From: Octopus sinensis
Taxonomy: Eukaryota
DNA: 64,000 nt
Direction of reading: 5' to 3'
Assembly (NCBI RefSeq): GCF_006345805.1
Contig: NC_043005.1
Location: forward strand, 78,678,001-78,742,000
In this document: in pieces, positions 35,055 through 48,559 of the stretch
Layout: the number at the start of each line of letters is the position of its first letter
How positions within the stretch are numbered: the first letter of the stretch is position 1
The notes under the pieces: generated by a model
The model's input: only the letters and a program-made list of their open reading frames with translations
Databases searched by the model: none
What the model was told of the DNA's origin: nothing
Made by a program: the position numbers and the translations under genes

Positions 35055-37757
35055 GTACCTAAGAGAGGCAACTATGAATGAACTGAATAAAGCTTATAGC
35101 TTTGTATATAATTCAGCCAGTACATTGACTGATTTGAGCTAGCAGATTGCCCGATCGAGAAAAAAATGTATATATATATATATACACACATACACACATA
35201 TATATATGTATGTATGTGTGTATATATATGTGTAGTGTGTATATATATATATATATATATATATGTACGTATGTTTGTATATATATTATGTATATGTATG
35301 TATGTGTGTATATAGTAATATATATACTATATAATATATATATATCTATATATGTGTAGTATATGTATGTATGTATGTATATATATATATATATATATAA
35401 TATGTTTATGTATATGTATGTACGTGTGTATATATATATATGTGTATGTATGTATGTGTGTGTTTATATATATATATATATGTATGTATATGTATATATG
35501 TATGTATATATATATGTATGTATGTATGTGTGTGTGTGTGTATTGTGTTGTGTGTGTGTGTGTGCGCGTGTGAATTAACTCTCTCACCAAAACGTTTTCA
35601 GTAACGCATATACACGCACACACATTCATAAACACATGTATGAATACACATTTCCGTATGACCATAGAATTGTACACTGATTTATATCGTTGATTGATAC
35701 ACATGAAGTAACTATGAGTAAGACCACACATAACAGCGATATCCATAATGGGAATAGAATAGCGCTAAGAAGCGAAGAGAAAAACTCTCCGAATCTGTAA
35801 ATAAAATCGTTTCCAGTACAGGAAGAAGTTTAAAATCAATTCTTTAACCATTTGTAATCGCGTACAAAAGATTCTAAACTGCTTTCCGTCATCTAAGACT
35901 AAAGGAAGAAAGGAAAACAATAGAGAATGCTAGGTAAAAACTACCTGAGATTTGAGGAAAATGTGTGTGAGAGAGAGAGAGAGAGAGAGTGAAAAGTGTA
36001 GGGGTGTGGTGAGAGAGGACGAGAGGAAGAGAAAAAGGCAAGTGAGAGAGAGGTGGAAATGCTGTGGTAGAGATGGAAGGACAAATTATAGATAGAGAAA
36101 AAGAAAGGAAGAGAGAGAGAGAAAGAGTGAGAGGTAGAGAGAAGGAGAGGGAGGGGGAGGGAAGACACTACTGTTAGAGAAAGGACAAAATATAGCGAGA
36201 AAGAGAGAAAAGTGTGAGTGCCTGAGTGGGAAAGGATATATATATATAGGGAGAAAGAAAGAGGGAAGAAAGAGAGAGGGGGGAAAGAGAGAACGAGAAA
36301 GAGATGATGATGGTGAGAGGGTTGTAGATGAGCGAGAAGGAAGAAAACGAAAGATCAAAAAGTGAGAGAGTGAGAAAAGGTGAAAGAGAGCAAGGGAGAG
36401 ACAGAGTGTGGTAGAGAGAGTATGAGATGACAGCTACTAAAGAGACACAGTGTAAGAGAGACAGACACACACACCCACACACACACGCACACACATATAT
36501 ATAATATTAGAGGAAGCAAGCAAATACGGAAGAAAGACAAGAGAGACAGAAACAATGGACCCAATATAGAATGAAAAAAATACGACAAAATCAGAGAACA
36601 AATGAAATAATAGAAAGAAAGAAAAAATAACAATGAAAAAAATGAAAAGGTGTAAGAAATAGTTTCGTTGAATCAAGAGACTGAAATTGTTCCCATTGTT
36701 TATCAAATAATGCAGTATAAAAATATAGAAACACACAAATTAAGGTGTGTGTGTGTGTGTTGTGTGTGTGTCTATACATTATTAGCCAAGACGAGAAAGT
36801 TAAAAAAAAAACAACAAAAAAAAACAGCAATCAGCCTATGCGAGAAAACATTCGTGTCAATAAGTTAAGTCTTTTGACACCGAAGTTTCCGAGTTTCCGA
36901 ATTTCCGCTCGGCTTAGTATTCACAAGGAACTTTTAAGAATAGAATCAAAAGTAAAACACGGAGTTTAATTATTAACAAAGGACATTTTTCCGGACCTTT
37001 TTAGAAACATCACTTCCCGTCTTAATAATTTTGGTTTGTAATAAATTTGTGGATGTTTTTAAAATTTTTGTTTTGGCTTTCTGTTATGAGTCAATTAGAA
37101 GCTCGAGAGATTGATAACATGATTTGGTTTTAGTTAGAAATATCGAAATATATTAGAAGGGACTGTCCTGTTCTAAATGGTTAACATGATATTTCGTTAT
37201 ACTGATTAATACCAGGTCAAACAATTGATGCTGATATCATTATCACAACACATGTGTGTTGAAATATAGTTTTCTGCTCTAGGCACAAGGCTCGAAATTT
37301 TGGGGGAAGGGGACAGTCGATTAGATCAACCCCAGTAAGCAACTCGTACTTAATTTATCGACCCCGAAAGGATGAAAGGCTAAGTCGACTTCGGAGGAAT
37401 TTGAACTCAGCGTAAAGACAGACAAAATAACGCTAAGCACTTCACCCAGCGAGCTAACGATTCTGCCAGCACGCTGTCTGTTATGTGTTGAAATATAGCA
37501 TAAGAGGATACTCACACGTACACATATATATATATATACAAGCACATAAACATATATATACACACATATATATATATGTGCGCGTGTGTCTGAATGTACG
37601 TAATCACGTATATAAATATAGACAAACGTACATATATATATACACACACGCATACATACACGTATGTATGTATTTATTTCACTTGTTTATCTCGACAAAT
37701 TTTCTATAGAAGTTAGAGTCAGCAATGAACGTTACAATGTTCGATACACGAATACGT

Positions 37758-37912
37758 CTATATAAACAAAGCGATCAAAGATAGAAAAATAGATAGTGGT
37801 TATATGCATATTTCAGGAGCAGTAGCTCCTTCTTCGGACCCAATGCCTAAATAACCCAATGCCTAAATAACCACTACCTATTTTTCTATCTTAGATCGTA
37901 GTGTTTAAATAG
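37758..37912. mobile_element. Fold-back element containing a hammerhead (37798-37840, minus)
   Basis: ggt CCGAAGA aggagc tact gctcct GAA ATATGCATAT A acc; the inverted right arm begins at 37868; CCCAATGCCTAAATAA duplicated at the centre. Confidence 0.75.
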
Positions 37913-38204
37913 CCACTGCATATAGTGGTGTAATATTACTGGATAGACCAATTTGCATATTAAATACATCCCTTGCAACTGCTATGCACATATTGATTTC
38001 TGGTAGGGACACCGTGTTTCGTTTTTGTGACCATTTTACTGCCTAGCATATTAAAGGTTCATAATTCAATATTGTGTCCTACTTTTGTGTCTGTAAATAT
38101 ACACTAACAAAGTGATTGCACCGCCTGGAACCTAGCCTGTCGCACCTGAATCATGTCCAGTACAATTTAATAGTAAACCCCACACAAACACGCGTATACA
38201 AAAT

Positions 38205-38550
38205 CACATATTCTGAGACCCACTTCGGTCATGACACTGACCATGGGATTGCACCCAGAAAGTTACCCTCCAAAGCACAAGTCCGGGCAAAGTTGCTTAT
38301 GGAAGACCAGCAGTCGCCCACGTATACCAGCCTCCCCTCTCGACGCCACCTGTTTTATACAAGGGAAAGGTAAAGGCCGATACAGCTTGGCACCTTTGAC
38401 GTCGCAACTCATTTCTACAGCTGAGTGAACTGGAGCAACGTGAAATAAAGTGTCTTGCTTAAGAACACAGCACGCAGTCCGGTTCAGGATTCGAGTTCAC
38501 AACCTCACGATTGTAAGCTCGATGTTCTAACCACTGAGCCATGCGCCTTA
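38205..38550 (-). mobile_element. CORE-type tRNA-SINE with long tail
   Basis: Head and CORE homologous to 1638-1795. Confidence 0.7.
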
Positions 38551-38597
38551 ACAAAATCACACACACACACACACACACATACGCACGCACACGCACA

Positions 38598-38628
<31 letters not shown>

Positions 38629-39237
38629 AACACGCATCCAGCAAAATACAAACAAACCTAAGACGGGCTTCCGGACAGTTTTCTTTGAAGAAGCTTCAAG
38701 GCCAAGACGTTCTTCAACATGAATCTAGGGAAGCAGATGGAGTCTGGTGCGCCGAAACGGGATCGAAACCAGAACAATTTGGTACCAAACCGAAAAATTT
38801 ATCGACTCGTCCAAACCTGCGACGCATTATTAGTTTTCGCAAAAAGCTACATTTACGTCGACGCAGAAAACTAAAATACAAAGACTTATTTGAATATGAC
38901 CAGAATCATCATGGTAGGAACCAAAATTTGTCTCCCGAGATAAAAAACAAAATGAATTCTGCTCAAAAGGGCCAAATGTCGGATATATGTAAACACATAT
39001 ATATATGTGAAGGTTTGAGTAAAATTATATAAGCAAATGCTTATGAATATGTATACTTGAATTTCCTTTTGCTCTGTTACACGTTTCAAGCATGAGCCTG
39101 CTGTCATACTGGAGCACCGACGGGAAAGGAACATACACCCGCAGAGTGACTCGAACCCGTGACAAACACTACCCTCTAAGCCTAGCATATATAAAAAAAA
39201 TCTGATGCTCTATCAAATGAGCTCTGCCTTTTCACCT

Positions 39238-39335
<98 letters not shown>

Positions 39336-40570
39336 ATATATGTAAATATATGGGTAATTATGCATTATATCTATAATTATATATACATACATACATATAT
39401 ATATATGTATATATATATACATACATACATATATATATAATATATATATATATAATATTATGTGTGTGTGTGGTGTGTGTGTGTCCACCACCGCAAACCA
39501 TAAACCCATCTGTATTTCACATCTGTCAGTATCTACATTATTGAAACATTTATAAGAGGAGAAAAAAATGAATAGGAGTATATATATATATGTGTGTGTG
39601 TGTCTGTAATATATATATATTGTGTATATATATATATATGTATATATACGTATATAAATGTATATATATATATATATATTGTATGTGCGTGTGTATATAT
39701 ATATGAGATCAGATGTATATCATAACATATATATATATATATATATTATATATACGAGATCAGATGTGTTTGTGCACACACACACACGATTAAACGTTTT
39801 ATTTGCATAACGATCAAAGAAGATGTGTATTTAGATATGAGGAGGCTAACACCAGCGATAAAAAAGGGACAGTTTTGAACCAATAGAAAAAATACAAAAT
39901 AAAAACCTATAATAATATTTAAAAAAACAACATATAAAGTAGTGTTATAATCGCACGTAATACTCTATATTCACTTAAGATAAATTACTTCTCATATTTT
40001 TTCCTTCCTGTTTTTTTTTTCGAAGGCATGGTGGAATCAGTTTAAAAAAAAAAAATTTTCTTCGCCAACTCTTTTTATCTGCAATCATACATTAATCCTA
40101 ATAATACATATATGTATATATTTGTATAGGGGTGAGGAAGTACTTTTATTTATATTTTGAGCTTGTTCACGACAGTTTTATGTGTGTTCATTTAACGATT
40201 TAAACCATTTGGGTGGGAGTTCTCACCGAACTACACAAGTGGGAGCTGAAGGAAAAAAGACAAAAAAACATGCGAAATACTTTCGACAAGCAATTGAGAA
40301 TGAAATACATATGTGTAGATGCCCGAAATTAGACTGAGAAAAAAAAGAAATTAAGATATATGTTTGTGTGTGCTTAAATATATATATATATATATGTGTG
40401 TGTGTGTTGTGTGTGTTTGAGGAAGAGATAAATTGCCTTCCCAGATCACCATTTTTTTCTACTTCGAACCACTCTCCAGTGGAACACATCGTCGTCACAT
40501 TTTTTCTTTCATTTTGCTCGTTTGGCTTTCTTTCATCTTATCCCACGTGTTTTTCCTCTCTGTCTCTTTC

Positions 40571-40641
<71 letters not shown>

Positions 40642-40750
40642 TATATATTTTTTTTTTATATATATATATATGCATGTATGTACGCATGTATTCATATATT
40701 ATTTATATGTATATATAATATATATATGATATATATATATATATAATATA

Positions 40751-40781
<31 letters not shown>

Positions 40782-41569
40782 GTATTCAATATAATTTACG
40801 TGTGCGTGCGCATAAATACAAATACATAGACACTGACGGACACAGAAGCAGCGAACCTCTTCACTTCTCTTCTGCCGCGTCCTACGTATCTTTTGATATA
40901 TAAAAAAAAGCCTCCCAAACTGATGGCAACGCAAACCCGTGGCCTCGGGCCAGTATGGAACGAAGACTAAAAACATCAACTACTCTATAACTACTACTAC
41001 TACTACTACTACTACTAAAGTACAAGAGCAAAGAGAACGACTAACTACGAAGCTGCCTTTTGAGGTTTCATATGAATGTAAGGCGGGCTGTACCCCCATT
41101 GCTGTCGTCTGCTTCGTACAAAAGAACGAATCACGTGCATAAGATCCCATATCAGTGTTGGATCCTTGTCTATAGGAAGAAATGAACACGAGTAAAAGTA
41201 ATGGCAAGCGATGTAATGCAGTACATACTTAACCATCGAAAGAAAAATAAGGGGGCGACAAAAAACTATTACCATGAGAAAAAAATTACATAATAATATA
41301 AATTTAGTATAAAAATGGCTGAGTACAAAAAATATTGATGCTGATCAAAAGTAAAAAAAAAAAAAGAAAAATCCAGCAAACAAAATATTTTAAAATGGGG
41401 AAAATAAAGTGAATAATATACAAACAATTATAATGAAGTCTACAAGAAAATAAGAAAAAAAAAAACAGATTTTACCACCTTATCAAAACTGTAAAAGATT
41501 AATTTCCAGGAATAAATGAATAATAAAATTGTTGTTGTTATTGATATTGATATCCTCCTCCTCTTCCCC

Positions 41570-41864
41570 ACCTCTCCTCCTACTCTTCCGTCTTCTTCTT
41601 CTTCTTCTTCTCTTCTTTTCTTCTTCTTCTTCTTCTTCTTCTTCTTCTTCTTCTTCTTCTTTTCTTCTTCTTCTTCTTCTTCTTCTTTTCTCTTTCTTCT
41701 TCTTTCTTCTTCTTCTTTCGTCTTCTTTCTTCTTCTTCTTCTTTCTTCTTCTCTTCTTCTCTTCTTCTTCTTCTTCTTCTTCTTCTTCAGCCAAGAGCAA
41801 GATTAGAACCAACATCAGAACCCTCTCACTACTACTACTGCTGCTACAGCTGCTGCTGCTGCTG

Positions 41865-41903
<39 letters not shown>

Positions 41904-41935
41904 ATACTACTACTACTAACGCTGCTGCTGCTTCA
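41570..41935. repeat. (CTT)n followed by (CTA/CTG)n triplet arrays
   Basis: Directly visible; source of the poly-E/K/S/L ORFs. Confidence 0.95.
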
Positions 41936-42469
41936 TAACGAAAACGGTGGTGACGATGGTGATGATGGTAATGGAAATGAAAATGGTGACGATAACGCAG
42001 ATCATGGCAACTTTAATGGCCATGATCATGATCATTGAGGATATGTATGTATGTAAGCGTGTGTGTGTGTGTGTGCATATATATGTGTGTGTGCATATAT
42101 ATGTGTGTGTGCACGCGAGTGTCACTTCTAAACACATAAACAGCTGTGCATTACATATATGTCGACATACGTACACACATACACACACACATACGTGCAC
42201 AATCATATATAGATAATATAGATACATACATACACACATACATACACACACACACACGCTCTCTCATGTATGTGTGTACATTTATAAATAAATGTAGAAA
42301 AATGATTTATTATACATACACACACACGTACATATATATATGTATGTTTGTATGTATGTATGTATGTATGTATGTATGTATGTATGCATGCATGTATGTA
42401 TGTACTATGTATGTCTCTCTCTTTCAATCTCTCTATATGTATATATATATATATATATTATACATACAT

Positions 42470-42719
42470 CAAAACTGATCAAAGTGGAAAAGGATCCCAT
42501 TACCTTTAAACGTAGTCTGAATAAAATTATTCATGGAATACCAGATACGCCACCCATACATGGATACAACGCACTCAACAAAAACTCACTACTTGTATGA
42601 AGCATAGTACCACAAAACTTGACTTAAAAAGGATTTAGATAATCCTATCAGGTAGTGTTATTAAGTTAGACACGGCCTGGACCAATCTTTGGTCGAAACT
42701 TATCTAAGTTTTATCTAAG

Positions 42720-42725
<6 letters not shown>
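42470..42725 (+). pseudogene. 3' end of a CR1/L2-group LINE
   Basis: KDPITFKRSLNKIIHGIPDTPPIHGYNALNKNSLL, then UTR and TATCTAAGTT tail running into (TATC)n. Confidence 0.72.
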
Positions 42726-42816
<91 letters not shown>

Positions 42817-42844
42817 CTCTATCTCTCTCTCTCTCTCTCTCTCC

Positions 42845-42879
<35 letters not shown>

Positions 42880-43489
42880 ACATACATATATATATGTATA
42901 TATATTTATATATATATATATATACTTCTAATATAGGATGAAGTTTTTTTACAGAAAAATTTCATCAAAAAATGTGGCAGCATATCAAAATACCTTTACG
43001 GTTAAAATTATAAACAACTTATAAATAAGGGCTAAAGAAAATTATTTCGATACCAATATGCTGATAACAGACTTTTAAATCGTCAATTTCCACATATTAT
43101 TTACTCGCTACAGAAAAAAACACGAAGAACTGAAATCGGGGAAAGCCGGCCGATAGAATTTTTTAAAAAGGTCGTTATTTCTATATTGAATCAATTTCGG
43201 AATTAATCTCATAATATATTCTTTCCTCTTCAGTAGAACATACGAAAGGATATAAATAAGATACTTACATGCACCCATGGAAAAAAGCTGAAGCAAAAAT
43301 CATGAGTACATATAAGTACCCTAGATATATCTAAAAATAAAATTCTTTGGTCAGCCTCAGCACAACGTGTTGACTGTTCTCCACTACAGGTTATAGTGGT
43401 TACCAGTCCCTATAGCGAATAGTAATGTGAGGCCGCTGTATAACTTTTGGGCCCGGCCCCAAATTTTTCACATTCTCTTGCATAAGGCA

Positions 43490-43570
43490 CTTTTGTATGA
43501 ATTCTTTTGATGTGCTTTTTCAATCCTCCATCTGAAGGCACTCCTTTCCACAGGTTGCACATTTTCTGTT
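43490..43570 (-). pseudogene. Frameshifted C2H2 zinc-finger fragment, possibly a LINE ORF2 C-terminus
   Basis: KCATCGKEC / SDGGLKKHIKRIHT, needing a 1-nt frameshift. Confidence 0.55.
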
Positions 43571-44519
43571 GTGAACGATAGCCATATCACAATTTATAAT
43601 GGGTGGATTCCTGTGAGTTCTGTAATACATATATACATATATATCATTTAAATGAGTTACACCTTATAACCCCGAGAACAGAAAATACAGAAGGTTCACC
43701 GTGAAGTGGCTCATCAAACCGTTTGCTTCACAATCATCTGCCAAACTGATATTATTAGTGTTATAAGCCGAGGAGGGTATCATTTCAATGCAGGGCTATC
43801 AAATGTGTTAAGAATAAAACTGTAGCCAGGAATTACTAGACACTAATTAGGAGCACAACATTAGCATAATATTTCCAGTTTAATATTAACTTTAAATTTT
43901 TGCACAAGGCCAGTAATTTTAGGAAAGAGGAAAGATGATTACATCGAGCCCGGTGTTCAAATGGTTCTTATTGTATCTACCCTGAGAGGATGAAAGGCAA
44001 AGTCGACCTCGGCGGAATTTGAACTCAGAACGTTAAGACAGACGAAATATCGCTAAGCATTTCGCCCGGCGTGCTAATGATTCTGCCAGCTCGCCACCTT
44101 GTTGTAGCCGTTATATTGTCAATGCTTGCATTTATGGTTGTGGTCCACTCTGAAGTAGATACCTATCATCGAAAATATTCCAGCCGTGACCATTCCCTCT
44201 TTTATTAAGTCATTGTGTATCTAGGCTGACATTATTCAACGTGACATCTATTTTTTAAGGTGTCAGATTTTATTTGAGGAGTTCGACAAACCAGCACCGG
44301 TTGTTAAGCTGTAGTGGGGGAACGAACACTGACACAAATGCACACACATAGATATATGCATACACAATGCACATACGCACAAACACATATGCATCATTTT
44401 TACGGTTGTGCTCCAGTATGACAGAGCACCTTATAGCTGAAACAAATACAATAACATAAGATTGAATATATCTATATCTACATATATACATATGTACATG
44501 CATATATGCATACATGTAT

Positions 44520-44915
44520 GTATGGAGTAGCTGTATGGTAAGTAGCTTGCTAACCAACCACATGGTTCCGGGTTCAGTCCCACTCCGTGGCACCTTGGGC
44601 AAATGTCTTCTACTATACTCTCGGGCTGACAAAAGCCTTGTTAGTGGATACAGCAAACGGAAACTGAAGGAAGCCTGTCGTATATATATATAGATATGTG
44701 CGTGTGTGTGTGTGTGTGTGTGTGTGAGTGCGCGCGCGTGTTTGTGTGCCTGTGTTTGTCCTCCACCATCGCTTGACAACCGATGCTGGCGTAGCGGTTC
44801 GGTGAAAGAGACCGATAGAATAAGTACTAGGCTTACAAAGAATAAGCTTTGGTGTCGATTTGTTCGACCAGAAGTGGTGCTCCAGCATGGCCGCAGTCAA
44901 CTAACTGAAACAAAT
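44520..44915 (+). mobile_element. CORE-like long SINE
   Basis: Same family as 12480-12872. Confidence 0.8.
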
Positions 44916-44933
44916 ATATATATACATATATAC

Positions 44934-44971
<38 letters not shown>

Positions 44972-45146
44972 ATAAGAAAGTTTGTTTGGTAAAGCACGTG
45001 GGTGAATATATAAGAAAATAGTAAAGTGTGAAAAAACGACAGAAGCTTAAATGTTAAAAAATATATATATTTGTGTCAAAATGTCTGGAGAATATTGGAA
45101 AAATTTTTTTTCCTTTCCTTAAAATGACATAATTTTAAAATTTTTA

Positions 45147-45186
45147 AAGAAATTACCGGTTTCGCGTGTAGCTTTTCAAATTTCTT
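45147..45186 (-). ncRNA. Minimal type I hammerhead with compensatory U3:A8 core
   Basis: aagaaat TTGAAAA gc tacac gc GAA ACCGGT A atttctt; 7-bp stem I and palindromic ACCGGT. The mirror at 46216-46253 lacks 2 nt of stem II. Confidence 0.75.
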
Positions 45187-45677
45187 GTGACGTTATGTTT
45201 ATATTGCATGGAGTTATCGTTGTTTTTATTTCCAGGAGATTACTAAATAAGGGGAGGTAGTGAGTGATTTCTTCCGGTGTAGGGGAGATAATCGCTTAAA
45301 ATTTTTTTTTCCTTTTTCCTTGTTAATTTCTCTGTGTCAGTATGTTCGGATGGTTGAGTCTGGGTTTGTACTTTTCAATGAAGAATGTTTCCTTGTTCAG
45401 TCTCATTTGTGTTGATGATCCGAAAGCACATTGGTAAAATGGGAAGATTAAAATTGTGGCAGTAGTTGCTTTGCGCATTTCTCAATGTGCTCACTAAAAG
45501 TATCATTCTATATTCTGCTGGGAATGCAATCTGTTGTCGATGCAGTGTGCATCTACGCCTGAGTGATAGTCCCGTGGAACCCACGTAGTCTTGGTGGCAG
45601 CCCGAGCATTTAATAACATAAATTATGTTTTCAGAGGCACAAGTAAAGTTAGATTTGATCTTAATTTCTGTCCCTCG

Positions 45678-46050
45678 AACTGTGCAACATGTCCTAACCT
45701 ATTTGAAGGATCAGAATTCTTCTTTAAAGAGGGACAGAAATTAAGATCAATCTAACTTTACTTGTGCCTCTGAAAACATAATTTATGTTATTAAATGCTC
45801 GGGCTGCCACCAAGACTACGTGGGTTCCACGGGACTATCACTCAGGCGTAGATGCACACTGCATCGACAACAGATTGCATTCCCAGAATATAGAATGATA
45901 CCTTTTAGTGAGCACATTGAGAAATGCGCAAAGCAACTACTGCCACAATTTTTAATCTTCCCATTTTACCATGTGCTTTCGGATCATCAACACAAATGAG
46001 ACTGAACAAGAAACATTCTTCATTGAAAAGTACAAACCCAGACTCAACCA
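45678..46050 (+). pseudogene. GIY-YIG endonuclease domain of a Penelope-like retroelement (frameshifted)
   Basis: NCATCPNLFEGSEFFFKEGQK / SNFTCASENIIYVIKCSGCHQDYVGSTGLSLRRRCTLHRQQI...SEHIEKC / ETFFIEKYKPRLN; mirrored on the minus strand at about 45335-45676. Confidence 0.9.
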
Positions 46051-46410
46051 TCCGAAACCTACTGACACAGAGAAATTAACAAGGAAAAAGGAAAAAAAAT
46101 TTTTAAGCGATTATCTCCCCTACACCGGAAGAAATCACTCACTACCTCCCCTTATTTAGAAATCTCCTGGAAATAAAAACAACGATAACTCCATGCAATA
46201 TAAACATAACGTCACAAGAAATTTGAAAATACACGCGAAACCGGTAATTTCTTTAAAAATTTTAAAATTATGTCATTTTAAGGAAAGGAAAAATTTTTTT
46301 CCAATATTCTCCAGACATTTTGACACAAATATATATATTTTTTAACATTCGCCTTCTGTCGTTTTTTTACACTTTACTATTTTCTTATATATATATATAT
46401 ATATATATTA

Positions 46411-46515
<105 letters not shown>

Positions 46516-46520
46516 CATAC

Positions 46521-46551
<31 letters not shown>

Positions 46552-46552
46552 A

Positions 46553-46605
<53 letters not shown>

Positions 46606-46904
46606 ACGAGCTTCTTTTAGTTTCTTTGCTGAAATCCTCTCAAGTCTTTGATCATCCCGGAGCTATAATAGAACACATTTGCTCAAGGTACCACGTAGTT
46701 GGACTGAAACTGGGACCATATGGCTGGGAAACAAACTCTTTCATACGCCTGTGCCTGTCATAAAGACAGTGTATCAATGCTAGATGTAATGATAAATATC
46801 ATTTATAATTTGATGTTCGTAATAGAACGAGGTCAGAGACATCTAGCGAGGAACGAATGGTTGAATCTAAGGATTTTATTTAAACTAAGGAATTCGTTCA
46901 TTCT

Positions 46905-47126
46905 TTCGTTCTTTTACTTGTTTCAGTCATTTAACTGCGGCCATGCTGGAGTATCACCTTAAGACGTTTTAGTCGAACAAATTGACCCTAGAACTTATTC
47001 TTTGTAAGCCGAGCGCTTATTCCATCGATCTCTTTGCCGAACCGCTAATTTCCGGGGACGTAAACACACCAACATCGGTACTCAAGCGATGGTTGTGGTG
47101 GTGGGACAAACACAGGTACAAACACA

Positions 47127-47179
<53 letters not shown>

Positions 47180-47362
47180 TACATATACATACATATATAC
47201 ACATATATACGACGTGCTACTTCAGTTTCCGTCTACCAACTACACTCATAAGGCATTGATCGGCTCCAGGCTATAGTAGAAGACCCTTGCCCAAGGTGCT
47301 ACGCAGTGAGACTGAACCCGGAACCATGTGGTCGGAAAGCAAGCTTCTTACCACACAGCCAT
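46905..47362 (-). mobile_element. CORE-like long SINE
   Basis: Reverse complement of the family consensus. Confidence 0.8.
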
Positions 47363-47501
47363 CGTGTTAAAGAGATTTTTTAGCGAAGCAGTAGTATTTG
47401 GAGTATTATAGTGAAGAAAGAACAAATATCATTTGAAAGGATTCTCAATTGTAAAACCCTATTACACATGTTTCTAGCATGATTATTTTTTTAAAAAAGA
47501 A

Positions 47502-47551
<50 letters not shown>

Positions 47552-47951
47552 GGAAAGAGAAATCTTACAAGAAATACGAAAATAAAACGAGAATAAAACT
47601 ATTCATTCTGCTGTCATGACTCCTTCCAAATTAACGTACTTCCCTTAATGACAAAAGAAAGCCTCGAGTTATAGCGTTAGAAAAATCTAACTGAAGGCTC
47701 TTAATAAACCAAGCTAAAGGTTATAACACTAGGATACTAAACACTGTATCCCCCAGCATTCATATCAACGCAGTGAAGCCTACTTCTAGTCTGAGATGCT
47801 GCCGAGAATTGGAAGATGATATTGACCTGTTATAATGTCCTCGGTTTTTGATAGTTATTTATTTTATTTTTCTAATATTTTAAAATTCTTCTTTCTTTCC
47901 TCATGCGTTAATTTGTTCGTTTCATTTAAAAAGAGAGTCGACTGTAAATTG

Positions 47952-48009
<58 letters not shown>

Positions 48010-48559
48010 TATTATTATTTTATATTATTATTATTTTATTATTATTATTATTGCGTATTTGTGTTGTATTCTTTTTATATTTCCACATTGGATATAAATT
48101 TGTTTAAAAACGTGATATTTCGAAATCAGAGCTAGGAAAAACTAAACAAAACAATTTGTTATTTCTTTTGAGTTTCGTGGTACAAAGGCCGAGACACATG
48201 GTACAAAGGCTGCATAGATTTCTACAAAAGGAACCATAGAATGCTAGCAAATTTAAACTTGCAGAAACGTAAGTGAAGTGTAATAAATTTAACTGAAAAA
48301 CAATTTCTGCTAATCAGGAAATTCATTCTCATTATACAATAATAAATATTATTTATGTTAAAGCAATTATATTACGGTTTTGTTTTTCTTTTTAAATATT
48401 TTTACGAATGAATATATGTAATATTATTATAAAGGGTGGCCCAAAAGTAAGTTTACAGTTATTCAACTATCTCTTTTCTATTCATACACTAGCAGTTTAG
48501 ATCTTGATTATAAAAAGATATGAAACCATTATTCTATGCTAATTTAGTTAATTTTGTCA

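Larger units (their letters stand above)
45007..46391. mobile_element. Penelope-like element as a head-to-head palindrome (arms about 45007-45676 and 45729-46391)
   Basis: Near-identical ~670-bp inverted arms around a 52-bp spacer that is in-frame element sequence; right end abuts (TA)n. Confidence 0.9.

Noticed and set aside
43490-43570. C2H2 finger as part of a host zinc-finger gene
   Set aside because: Single finger, frameshifted, no TGEKP linker or neighbouring fingers; better explained as a retroelement or pseudogene fragment.
44148-44185. CTGAAGT...GAAAATATTC hammerhead-like string
   Set aside because: Stem I cannot form and the core is altered; may be chance.
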